From Novosphingobium sp. (GTDB taxonomy: Bacteria; Pseudomonadota; Alphaproteobacteria; Sphingomonadales; Sphingomonadaceae): DNA of 32,000 bases. The translations under genes and the position numbers were made by a program. The DNA lies in the NCBI GenBank assembly GCA_035281095.1, contig DATEEP010000158.1, forward strand, positions 27,086-59,085, given 5' to 3'. Positions 24,048-32,000 of this stretch are shown in pieces (the stretch's first letter is position 1; the number at the start of each line of letters is the position of its first letter). Below the pieces are notes generated by a model. The model was not told the origin of the DNA and did no database searches. It was given only the letters and a program-made list of their open reading frames with translations.

Positions 24048-24104
24048 GATGACTTCGGTTTGAATCACTTCGCCCCTCGCAATGACGAAGCAATGTAAGT
24101 CATC
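24048..24104. repeat. Partial copy of the cattgcgag-type repeat unit just after murA
   Basis: ctcgcaatgacgaagcaatg (24076-24095) is related to the units at 6686-6725 and 24636-24668. It is flanked by inverted gatgact (24048-24054) / agtcatc (24098-24104). Confidence 0.5.
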
Positions 24105-24180
24105 GCACTCTCGGCCTGCGAAACGGAAACTTCCCCGCCGACCCGGCGTTATGCCCTCAGAGTGAAGAGGAGCATGACAC

Positions 24181-24417
24181 ATGCTGTTGAAATTGGCCTT
24201 TGCCGGCGCCGTGGGTTACGGACTCTATAAATATGCGACCAAGCATCAGCTGATCGATCCGGTGGCGTTCGCTCCGGGGGAAGCGAGCGGCGCCAGCACC
24301 GGCGAGGTCCGCAACGCCGGGCCGGATTCGATGCGGAGCAATCCGCCGCAATGGGACAAGACCGACGAAGCGAGCGACGAGAGCTTCCCCGCGAGCGATC
24401 CGCCCGCGACATACTGA
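24181..24417 (+). CDS. Small hypothetical protein (78 aa) with an N-terminal TM helix and a C-terminal ..SFPASDPP.. motif
   Basis: MLLKLAFAGAVGYGLYKY.. and a DESFPASDPPATY tail. I recall this tail as a recurrent motif of small alphaproteobacterial proteins. Confidence 0.55.
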   Translation: MLLKLAFAGAVGYGLYKYATKHQLIDPVAFAPGEASGASTGEVRNAGPDSMRSNPPQWDKTDEASDESFPASDPPATY

Positions 24418-24435
24418 GCCGGCGCGCCCGTTCTC

Positions 24436-24668
24436 GATCAGAGCGATTTCGAGCGAGATGGAATCATCTCGCGGCTGGGAAATCGCGGTTCGACAAAGGA
24501 TAGAGCGTCGGCCTTGATGCAATCAAAATTGAATCGTCATTGCGAGCGGTCCTTCGGCTGGCTGTTGGCAACAGCCGCTCAGGATGAACCGCGGCCTTGG
24601 CCGCAGCCGCGCGGCAATCCAGGGCGGTACGTGAGGCCCTGGATTGCTTCGCTACGCTCGCAATGACG
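24436..24668. repeat. Second copy of the composite repeat element (core hairpin plus inverted cattgcgag..caatccagg units)
   Basis: The core at 24436-24534 is homologous to 6727-6835. A long unit (24535-24624) and an inverted short unit (24636-24668) form a large hairpin. Confidence 0.85.
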
Positions 24669-24705
24669 AAGCAACTTAATGACGCCAATTTAAAGTCATT
24701 ACGCT

Positions 24706-24996
24706 CTACACCAGGGGGCCGTCCCCGGTGGCGAGCCGCGATACCAGCCACACCCGGATGGCGCTGGCAAGGCCGGGTGGCGTGTCCGATTCGAGCCGCT
24801 CCGCGTCGATCCGCGCCACGAGCGCATTCAGCGGCATCGCGCCGTCGCGCGCGGCCTCCACCAGCATTTCCCAGAACAGCGGTTCGAGGCTGATGGAGGT
24901 CTTGTGTCCCGCGATCTCCACGGAACGCTTGACCGGCGGATGGTAGGACCTGGCCGCCTTGGCCGGTATCCGGCGAGATGGTTTCGCGTCGTCCAT
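24706..24996 (-). CDS. Ribbon-helix-helix domain protein (RHH_4-like)
   Basis: RSVEIAGHKTSISLEPLFWEMLVEAARDGAMPLNALVARID..LASAIRVWL matches the RHH_4 pattern as recalled. Confidence 0.72.
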   Translation of the reverse strand: MDDAKPSRRIPAKAARSYHPPVKRSVEIAGHKTSISLEPLFWEMLVEAARDGAMPLNALVARIDAERLESDTPPGLASAIRVWLVSRLATGDGPLV

Positions 24997-25140
24997 TTCC
25001 GTGTCCCCAAGCTTGTCGAAGCATGTCCCGAGCGGCTGGCCTTGCCGGCCAGCCGAAAGGGGCTGCCTCCTTTCCCGCTGAAATGGAAAAGCAACCCCTC
25101 GACAAGCTCGGGATAGACGGATCAGGTCGAGGGGGACTCC

Positions 25141-25863
25141 TCAGTACATGTGCTGCCCGCCGTTGATCGACATCGTCGAGCCGGTCACGAAGCCGGCTTC
25201 CTCAGATGCCAGGAACGCGACACCCCGTGCGATTTCCCCCGCCTGGCCGAGCCGGCCGACCGGGATCTTGGCGATGATCTTCTCCAGCACCGGCTCCGGC
25301 ACCGCCGCGACCATGTCGGTATCGACATAGCCGGGCGCGATGGCGTTGACCGTCACCCCGGCCCTGGCGCCTTCCTGCGCCAGTGCCTTGGTGAAGCCGT
25401 GGATGCCGGACTTGGCGGCGGCGTAGTTCACCTGGCCGTATTGCCCCGCCTGCCCGTTGATCGAACCGATGTTGATGATCCGGCCCCAGCCGCGGTCGCG
25501 CATGCCGGGGAACGTCGCCTTGGCCATGTTGAAGCACCCGCCAAGGTTGATGCGCATCACCTCGTTCCAGTCGTCGAAGCTCATCTTGTGCAGCGTGCCG
25601 TCGCGCGTGACGCCGGCATTGTTGACCAGCACGTCGATCGGCCCGACCTCGCTCTCGACTTTCGCGCAGCCATCGAGGCAGGCCTGGTGATCGCCAACGT
25701 CCCATTTATATGTCGGAATGCCGGTCTCCTGGCTGAAAGCCCGAGCCTTTTCCTCGTTTCCGGCATAATTGGCGGCGACGGAGAAGCCCATCTCGCGCAA
25801 TGCCAGCGATATCGCCTGACCGATTCCACGAGTTCCACCGGTAACGATTGCGACGCGTGTCAT
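25141..25863 (-). CDS. phbB: Acetoacetyl-CoA reductase (SDR)
   Basis: TGGTRGIG cofactor motif, NYAAAKSG (YxxxK), 240 aa, PhaB-like throughout. Confidence 0.88.
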   Translation of the reverse strand: MTRVAIVTGGTRGIGQAISLALREMGFSVAANYAGNEEKARAFSQETGIPTYKWDVGDHQACLDGCAKVESEVGPIDVLVNNAGVTRDGTLHKMSFDDWNEVMRINLGGCFNMAKATFPGMRDRGWGRIINIGSINGQAGQYGQVNYAAAKSGIHGFTKALAQEGARAGVTVNAIAPGYVDTDMVAAVPEPVLEKIIAKIPVGRLGQAGEIARGVAFLASEEAGFVTGSTMSINGGQHMY

Positions 25864-25989
25864 ACCCGACCCTCTCCTAAGATAGCGGAGACGAAACTAC
25901 GTTCGCGCGGTCGTCCAGACAAGCCAGAAAACCCCGCAAAACCGGGAAAAAACCGAAAAAAATGGTTAGCCGTCCGTGACCGCCGCCGG

Positions 25990-26742
25990 TCAGAAGCGGA
26001 ATGCGGTTCCGACGTAGACGGCCTGGTTGTCCTGCTTGCCATCGGTCAGCGGCAGGAGGCGCTCGCGGTCGCGCGAGTAGCGCACGCCGGCGGTGACATC
26101 GAGGTTGCGGGTCAGCCGGTAGGCGCCGCCCAGATCGACCTGATCGTCGCCGTCGCCCGCGAAAGTGCGCGGAGCCCGGCCGGCGGCCTGGGTCTCGTCA
26201 AGCGCGATTCGCGGATTGAAGCGCGATTCGTCCGGCTTGCCGCCCGAAGCCAGGCTGAACCGCGTCAGATCCGCCGTCGGCGCGGGTTTCACCCCGGCGG
26301 CGGGCACCAGCGACTGCGAGAAATTGGCGTAGCCGCGGGAGATGCCAAGGTTGAACGCGGTCGGCGCGATCCGCAGTTCGCCGGCATCCCAGCCGGCCAG
26401 CGCGCTGCGCTTGCCCCGGACCACCAGCATGCCCTTGGCCGCGCTGGGATCGACCCGGACGGCGACGGTCACCGACCGATCGGGACGGCTCGGCGTCTCG
26501 GCGGGCGTGAAGCGATAAAGCTTGCCCTTGGCGAGCGAGCGGATCGGCATGGCGCGCGCCAGGTTGGCCGGCGGGGCATCGTTCGACAGCGCGTCGGCGT
26601 GCGCCGCCGCCGCATCGTCGGGAGCGGAGCTGGCGGCGATGGCAAGGACCGCGCTCGGCAAGGCGAGCAGGCCGACCGCGCCGGCGAGCAGCATGCCGGC
26701 GGTCGCCCCGCTCCTGACACTGCCGTTGACGCTGCGTTTCAT
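25990..26742 (-). CDS. Secreted / outer-membrane protein, function unknown
   Basis: Trimmed to ATG 26742 (MKRSVNGS..LLALPSAVLA signal peptide). The C-terminal ..YVGTAFRF ends in an aromatic residue, as in beta-barrel OMPs. Confidence 0.55.
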   Translation of the reverse strand: MKRSVNGSVRSGATAGMLLAGAVGLLALPSAVLAIAASSAPDDAAAAHADALSNDAPPANLARAMPIRSLAKGKLYRFTPAETPSRPDRSVTVAVRVDPSAAKGMLVVRGKRSALAGWDAGELRIAPTAFNLGISRGYANFSQSLVPAAGVKPAPTADLTRFSLASGGKPDESRFNPRIALDETQAAGRAPRTFAGDGDDQVDLGGAYRLTRNLDVTAGVRYSRDRERLLPLTDGKQDNQAVYVGTAFRF

Positions 26743-26969
26743 CGGTTCGACTCTGCTCCAGGGCGCATCCGTGGTCGCGCTTGCGGAAGGCCCTATCATA
26801 ATTTCCTTTCGCCAGCCTGACAATCGCGCCTGACAATCGCGCTGGCGCTCGGTGGCGGCCGGCACTCTCCGGCAACCCTTGCCGCCCGGCCGATGCGAGC
26901 TATAGAGGCTTTTCCGGTGCGGCGCCTGTCGGGTGCCTGCCGCCGAAATGACAGGAACTGGATCACACG

Positions 26970-27434
26970 ATGACTGGCAGCACCCCTACCGTCCGTTCTC
27001 CTTCTCGTGCCTTGAGGCAATTCGGCCTGTGCGCGGCGATGGCGCTTTCCCTAGCGGCGTGCGGCAAGCGGGAGCGGCTGGCCTCGGACGTGGCGGCCTC
27101 GCGCGTGACGACGATCGGCGTGAACTCGTACTTGTGGCGCGCCAGCCTCGATACGCTTTCGTTCATGCCGCTGCTGCAGACGGACAGCGCCGGCGGCGTG
27201 ATCGTGACCGACTGGTACGTCAATCCCAGCAATCCGGGTGAGCGGGTCAAGGTGACCGTGACCATCCTCGACCAGGATCTGCGCGCCGATGCGCTGCGTG
27301 TCGCCGCCAGCCGCGAGGTCGCGCAAGGAAGCGGCTGGATCGGCGCCCCGGTCCAGGCCGCCACCGTCCAGAAGCTGGAGGACGTGATCCTCACCCGAGC
27401 CCGCGACTTGCGCCGCAATTCGATCGGCGGCTGA
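26970..27434 (+). CDS. Lipoprotein, DUF3576-like
   Basis: Lipobox LSLAAC. GVNSYLWRASLDTLSFMPL..GGVIVTDWY pattern. The position upstream of leuS is typical for this family (recalled). Confidence 0.72.
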   Translation: MTGSTPTVRSPSRALRQFGLCAAMALSLAACGKRERLASDVAASRVTTIGVNSYLWRASLDTLSFMPLLQTDSAGGVIVTDWYVNPSNPGERVKVTVTILDQDLRADALRVAASREVAQGSGWIGAPVQAATVQKLEDVILTRARDLRRNSIGG

Positions 27435-27443
27435 ACCGTCAAT

Positions 27444-27549
27444 TCCTCCCCCATCGGGTAGGGTGGAGGAGGAGTATCCCGCCAGCGGCATACCCCTCCG
27501 TCAAAGCGGTTGCGCTGACACCTCCCCTTGCAGGCCCTTGCAGGGGAGG
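27444..27549. repeat. GC-rich hairpin repeats (cctcccc..ggggagg type) upstream of leuS
   Basis: One hairpin is tcctcc..ggagga at 27444-27470. The other is cctcccct (27521-27528) / aggggagg (27542-27549). The motif class is the same as inside leuS at 28305-28397. Confidence 0.55.
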
Positions 27550-27587
27550 ATCGAACGAAGACAAAATGAGCAGGGGTCCCTTCGACC

Positions 27588-30203
27588 ATGACCGCCGAAA
27601 GATTCGATCCCTCCCTGGCCGATCAGCGCTGGCAGCGCGTGTGGGGCGAACAGCGGTCGTTCCGCGCCGACGACACCTCGGCAAAGCCGCGCAGCTATGT
27701 GCTCGAGATGTTTCCCTATCCTTCGGGCCGCATCCACATCGGCCACGTCCGCAATTACACGATGGGGGACGTGCTCGCCCGCTACAAGCGGATGAAGGGC
27801 TTCGAGGTGCTGCACCCGATGGGCTGGGACGCCTTCGGCATGCCGGCCGAGAACGCGGCGATGGAAAAGGGCGTCCACCCCGGCGCATGGACGCGCCAGA
27901 ACATCGCCAACATGAAGGCGCAGTTGAAGCGCCTCGGCTTCGCGCTCGACTGGAGCCGCGAGCTGGCGACATGCGAACCGGACTACTACGGGCACGAGCA
28001 GGCACTGTTCCTCGACCTCTACGAGCACGGCCTGGTCTATCGCAAGGAAAGCGCGGTCAACTGGGACCCGGTCGACCAGACGGTGCTCGCCAACGAGCAG
28101 GTGATCGACGGGCGCGGCTGGCGCTCGGGCGCGCTGGTGGAGAAGCGCAAGCTCAGCCAGTGGTTCCTCAAGATCACCGATTTCGCGGACGAACTGCTCG
28201 CCGGGCTCGACACGCTGGAAGGCTGGCCCGAGAAGGTCCGCACGATGCAGGAGAACTGGATCGGCAAGAGCCAGGGCCTGCAGTTCCGTTTCAGCCTCAC
28301 ATCTCCCCTCCCGCTTGCGGGAGGGGCCGGGGGCGGGCCCGTCGATGGCATGTCCTCGCTCGCCCCCACCCCCGGCCCCTCCCCTGAAGGGGAGGGGAGT
28401 GTCATCGAGGTCTATACCACGCGGCCCGACACGATCTTCGGCACCAGCTTCGTTGCCGTGGCCGCCGATCATCCGATCGCGCAGGCGGTCGCCGCCGCCA
28501 GCCAGGAGGCGCAGGCGTTCGTCGAGCTGTGCCGCGCCGGGGGCACCACCGCCGCCGAGCTGGAGACCGCCGAGAAGCTGGGCTTCGATACCGGGCTGCG
28601 GGTGAAGCATCCGCTGCGCGATGGGCAGGAGCTGCCCGTCTACATCGCCAATTTCGTGCTGATGGATTACGGCACCGGCGCGGTGATGGGGTCGCCGGCC
28701 CACGACCAGCGCGACAACGATTTCGCCCGCAAGTACGGCTTGCCGGTCACCCGCGTCATCGCCGACGGAGACAGGACCGCCGCCGAGTTCGAAGGCAACG
28801 AAGCCTGGACCGGCGAGGGCGTGCTGGTGAACTCCGATTTCCTCGACGGCATGACGATCCGTCAGGCGATCTCCGCCGTCATCGCCCGCGCCGAGGCGGA
28901 GCACTGGGGCAAGGGCCGGACCGTGTGGCGGCTGCGCGACTGGGGCGTGTCGCGCCAGCGCTATTGGGGCACGCCGATTCCGTTCATCCACTGCGAGAAC
29001 TGCGGCATCGTGCCGGTTCCGAAGGACCAGCTGCCGGTCGTGCTGCCGGAGGATGTCGATTTCGCGACGCCGGGCAATCCGCTGGCGCGCCATGCGACCT
29101 GGAAGCACGCCGATTGCCCCAAGTGCGGCAAGCCGGCGCTGCGCGAGACCGATACGCTCGATACCTTCGTCGATTCCTCGTGGTATTTCCTGCGCTTCGC
29201 CAGCCAGCCCGCCGACCGGCCGTTCGACGCGGCCGAGATCGCCCGCTGGCTGCCGGTGGAGCAGTACATCGGCGGGATCGAGCACGCGATCCTGCACTTG
29301 CTCTACGCCCGCTTCTGGACTCGCGCCTTGCAGCGCATCGGCCAGATCGAGGTGGCCGAGCCTTTCGCCAGCCTGTTTACCCAGGGCATGGTGACGCACG
29401 AGACTTATTCGCGCATCGATCCCGCGAACGGCCAGCCGGTCTTCTTCGCCCCCGACGAGATCGAGCGGGCAGGCGACGGCGCGACGCTGAAGGCGGATGG
29501 CGCCGCGGTGGAGATCGGCCGCGTCATCAAGATGTCGAAGTCGAAGAAGAACGTCGTCGATCCCGACGCGATCGTCGCGACCTACGGCGCCGACGCGATC
29601 CGCTGGTTCATGCTGTCCGACAGCCCGCCCGATCGCGACTTGCCGTGGTCCGAAGCCGGGATCGAGGGCTGCGCCCGCTTCGTCCAGCGGCTCTGGCGGC
29701 TGTTCGGGCAGTGCGATGCCGCCGCGTCCGGAGAGGACAAGGCCCTGGACCGCAAGCGCGACCAGGCCGTCGCCGCCGTGGCCGAGGACATCGAGGCGCT
29801 TTCGTTCAACAAGGCGGTGGCCCGGATCTATGAACTGACTTCCGCGATCGAGAAGGCCGCGCCCTCGGCCAGCCGCTCGGCCGCGATCCGCGCGCTGCTG
29901 CTGCTGATCGCACCGATGATGCCGCACCTCGCCGAAGAGGCCTGGGCGCGGATCGGCGAGGACCTCGTCGCCGATGCCGCCTGGCCCATCTTCGACCCCG
30001 CCCTGCTGGTCGAGGACGAAGTGACCATCGCCGTCCAGGTCAAGGGCAAGCTGCGCGACACGATCACCGTCGCCAAGGGCACCGGCAGGGAGGAACTCGA
30101 GGCGCTTGCGCTCGCCAGCGAGAAGGTCCAGCGTGCGCTGGAGGGGGCGGAACCGAAGAAAGTGATCGTCGTGCCCGATCGTCTGGTCAATCTCGTCGCG
30201 TAA
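27588..30203 (+). CDS. leuS: Leucine--tRNA ligase
   Basis: 871 aa with a HIGH-type motif ([10 protein letters not shown]), KMSKS, and YTTRPDT in the editing domain. Confidence 0.97.
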   Translation: MTAERFDPSLADQRWQRVWGEQRSFRADDTSAKPRSYVLEMFPYPSGRIHIGHVRNYTMGDVLARYKRMKGFEVLHPMGWDAFGMPAENAAMEKGVHPGAWTRQNIANMKAQLKRLGFALDWSRELATCEPDYYGHEQALFLDLYEHGLVYRKESAVNWDPVDQTVLANEQVIDGRGWRSGALVEKRKLSQWFLKITDFADELLAGLDTLEGWPEKVRTMQENWIGKSQGLQFRFSLTSPLPLAGGAGGGPVDGMSSLAPTPGPSPEGEGSVIEVYTTRPDTIFGTSFVAVAADHPIAQAVAAASQEAQAFVELCRAGGTTAAELETAEKLGFDTGLRVKHPLRDGQELPVYIANFVLMDYGTGAVMGSPAHDQRDNDFARKYGLPVTRVIADGDRTAAEFEGNEAWTGEGVLVNSDFLDGMTIRQAISAVIARAEAEHWGKGRTVWRLRDWGVSRQRYWGTPIPFIHCENCGIVPVPKDQLPVVLPEDVDFATPGNPLARHATWKHADCPKCGKPALRETDTLDTFVDSSWYFLRFASQPADRPFDAAEIARWLPVEQYIGGIEHAILHLLYARFWTRALQRIGQIEVAEPFASLFTQGMVTHETYSRIDPANGQPVFFAPDEIERAGDGATLKADGAAVEIGRVIKMSKSKKNVVDPDAIVATYGADAIRWFMLSDSPPDRDLPWSEAGIEGCARFVQRLWRLFGQCDAAASGEDKALDRKRDQAVAAVAEDIEALSFNKAVARIYELTSAIEKAAPSASRSAAIRALLLLIAPMMPHLAEEAWARIGEDLVADAAWPIFDPALLVEDEVTIAVQVKGKLRDTITVAKGTGREELEALALASEKVQRALEGAEPKKVIVVPDRLVNLVA
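28303..28399. repeat. Palindromic GC-rich element inside leuS
   Basis: Hairpins cccctccc/gggagggg (28305-28326) and cccctcccc/ggggagggg (28376-28397) flank the imperfect inverted repeat gaggggccggggg.. (28321-28340) / ..cccccggcccctc (28362-28381). It is translated in-frame as [33 protein letters not shown]. Confidence 0.85.
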
Positions 30204-30715
30204 TGCGGGTTCTCCTGCCTTTCACCCTCGTTGTAATGGCGTTGCTAACCGGTTGCGGCCTCCAGCCGATGTACGCGGGCGGCGGGAATGGCGTTGTCGC
30301 GCGCGGAATGGCGGCGATCGAGGTCGGCGCGATCGAGGGCAAGTCCGGCTGGCTGGTGCGCAATGCGCTGGTCGACCGGCTGGGGGTTGCCGGGGCGCAC
30401 GGCGAGGCGCCGCGCTATCGGCTCGACGTGAGGCTCGATGACCGGCTCGAAGGCTTCGCCCTGCTGTCCGACGACACCATCGGCCGCGAACGCCGGACAT
30501 TGCGCGCACGCTACCAGCTGGTAGACATGTCCAGCGATGCGATCGTGCTCGACGATACCGCCGGGTCCGACGCCGGGGTCGACGTCGTATCGTCGGAGTA
30601 CGCGACGATCGCCGCCGAGCAGACCGCGCTGGAGAATCTCGCCAGGGAAGTGGCCGACCGGATCGCGGTCGACGTGGCGCTGAGCCTGCGCCAGTCCGCA
30701 GCCCCGGCGCGGTGA
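30203..30715 (+). CDS. lptE: LPS-assembly lipoprotein
   Basis: Lipobox LLTGC. 170 aa. The ATG overlaps the leuS stop (TAATG). It follows the conserved leuS-lptE-holA order. Confidence 0.8.
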   Translation: MRVLLPFTLVVMALLTGCGLQPMYAGGGNGVVARGMAAIEVGAIEGKSGWLVRNALVDRLGVAGAHGEAPRYRLDVRLDDRLEGFALLSDDTIGRERRTLRARYQLVDMSSDAIVLDDTAGSDAGVDVVSSEYATIAAEQTALENLAREVADRIAVDVALSLRQSAAPAR

Positions 30716-31785
30716 AGGCGACTCAAAAGGATTTCGGCAGGATCGCCCCCCGCGCGGCGAAGGAAGCGCGGGTCTTCTACTTCTGCGGACCGGACGAGGC
30801 GGGCGCTTTCGCCGCCGCCGACCGTATCGCGGCACTGCTCGACGATCCGGGCGAGCGGATCGAACTTTCCGGCGCCGAACTGAAAAAGGATCCAGTGCGT
30901 CTCGGCGACGAAGCGCGGTCCAGTTCGCTGTTCGGCGATAGCCGGCACATCCTCGTGCGGGTGCAGGGGGACGAGGCGAGCGAGGCGGTCGAGGTGCTGC
31001 TGTCGGGTCCCATGTCGGGCAGTGCCCAACCCTGCCCGGTGCTCATCGTCGCCGCCGGCGCCACCGACAAATCGCGAACCGCCAAGCTGCTTGCCGCGCG
31101 CTCCGATGCGCTGGCGGCGATGTTCTACCCCCCCGATCTCACCAGCGTCGCCATGTCGGTTCGCGCGATGGCCGACGCCGCGGGACTGCGGCTGGGATCG
31201 GACCTGGCGGAGCGGATCGCCACTGCGGCGGGGCTCGACACCCGGCTGGCTCAATCCGAGGTGACCAAGCTGGCGCTCTATCTCGACGCCTCGCCGGAAA
31301 GTCCGCGCAACGCCGATCGCCAGGCGCTGGATGCGATCGGCGCGGCTTCCGAGGACGACGGCTTCGCGACGCTGGTCGACGCGGTGCTGGGCGGCGAGGT
31401 CGAACGACTCGCGCGCGAACTGGGTCGCATGCGGGAGCTGCAGTTCAGCCCTGTCGGCGTGCTGCTGGCGTTCGAGCGGCGCACGGCGCAGCTTGCCGGG
31501 CTGGCGGCGAGGATGGGCGGTCGCGGCAACATCGATTCGTTTCTCGACGGGGAGAAGGCGGCTCGTCGAATCTTCTGGAAAGACCAGCCCGCGCTTGCCC
31601 GGCAGCTGCGGAACTGGCGCGGCGCCGCGCTCCATCGGCTTGTGGAGCGGTTTGCGGCGCTTCATGGGGATCTGCTGGGTCACAGTCGGGAGGCGGAATT
31701 GCTGCTAGCGGTCGAACTGGCTGTGATCGCACGATTTTCGGCGCGTGGAGGTGGTGTGTCTGACGGGCGCAACGCTTTGTCCTAA
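30712..31785 (+). CDS. holA: DNA polymerase III subunit delta
   Basis: 357 aa with a 4-nt overlap with lptE. Size and synteny fit. Sequence motifs are weak, as is usual for delta. Confidence 0.8.
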   Translation: MKATQKDFGRIAPRAAKEARVFYFCGPDEAGAFAAADRIAALLDDPGERIELSGAELKKDPVRLGDEARSSSLFGDSRHILVRVQGDEASEAVEVLLSGPMSGSAQPCPVLIVAAGATDKSRTAKLLAARSDALAAMFYPPDLTSVAMSVRAMADAAGLRLGSDLAERIATAAGLDTRLAQSEVTKLALYLDASPESPRNADRQALDAIGAASEDDGFATLVDAVLGGEVERLARELGRMRELQFSPVGVLLAFERRTAQLAGLAARMGGRGNIDSFLDGEKAARRIFWKDQPALARQLRNWRGAALHRLVERFAALHGDLLGHSREAELLLAVELAVIARFSARGGGVSDGRNALS

Positions 31786-32000
31786 TTTTCTTTTTCGTTG
31801 GCGATTACGCCTTACGGTAATATGGATGTTGCATCGCAGCATCCGGGTATCGCGATGGCACCGTTTGTCGCGATGATCCGGGTGTCGATGACCTGGGTGT
31901 CGATGAGGGAGCCGCCGCAGCGATGAACGTCCCGTTCCAGTTCGATGCGATATCGCGCGATGGCGTGCGGCGGGACGCGCAGGATGGGCTGCTGCTGGCG

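Noticed and set aside
22732-24093. 453-aa ORF antisense to murA
   Set aside because: Same antisense shadow artefact. murA on the plus strand has clear family motifs.
25150-26820. 556-aa plus-strand ORF spanning phbB and the OMP gene
   Set aside because: It crosses an intergenic region and two well-supported minus-strand genes, and its composition is that of an artefact.
27501-29927. 808-aa ORF antisense to leuS
   Set aside because: It completely overlaps a confidently identified leuS. The Arg/Gly/Ala/Asp-rich, low-complexity translation is the usual stop-poor antisense shadow of high-GC coding DNA.
31812-32000. Edge ORFs after holA: plus-strand ATG 31923 (MNVPFQFDAISRDGVRRDAQDGLLLA..) versus a minus-strand frame ending at 31812-31814
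   Set aside because: Both frames are open and both show high G+C at their third positions over the last ~80 nt. The fragment is too short, and I recognise neither translation, so no call is made. The tandem gggtgtcgatga x2 at about 31880-31907 is noted but unexplained.

Overview
This is a 32-kb high-GC alphaproteobacterial chromosome segment. Gene order, the DUF3035/DUF3576-type lipoproteins and the repeat repertoire suggest Sphingomonadales, but that is inference: all family names are recalled from motifs and nothing was searched.

The core genes are ordinary housekeeping:
- Left of the island: a minus-strand operon ribF-ileS-lspA-lipoprotein, then folA, purK, purE, gpmA, a small ORF and tRNA-Thr(GGU).
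- Right of the island: DUF485-actP, an SLT transglycosylase, galU, murA, a small ORF, an RHH protein, phbB, an outer-membrane protein, and DUF3576 lipoprotein-leuS-lptE-holA.

The stand-out is a 10.3-kb element inserted at tRNA-Thr and bounded by a perfect 47-bp direct repeat (8482-8528 = 18821-18867).
- It carries a tyrosine integrase split by one in-frame TAG, an AlpA-like gene, an AEP primase fused to a VirE-type NTPase, and a TerS-like gene heading a translationally coupled operon of unknown proteins.
- It has an AT-richer centre of about 2 kb that is mostly non-coding, with iteron-like G/C-run repeats, two tiny ORFs and an orphan membrane-anchored protein.
- A stand-alone Mrr-type nuclease sits next to attL.
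- There are no capsid, tail, large-terminase or lysis genes. I read it as a helper-dependent phage-satellite-like island with candidate defence cargo.

Second theme: palindromic repeat elements are abundant.
- Two of them sit in-frame inside ileS and leuS.
- A composite element separates purE from purK. It has a second copy near 24.4-24.7 kb whose core hairpin shows compensatory base changes.

Many long ORFs in the track are antisense shadows typical of high-GC DNA and were rejected.
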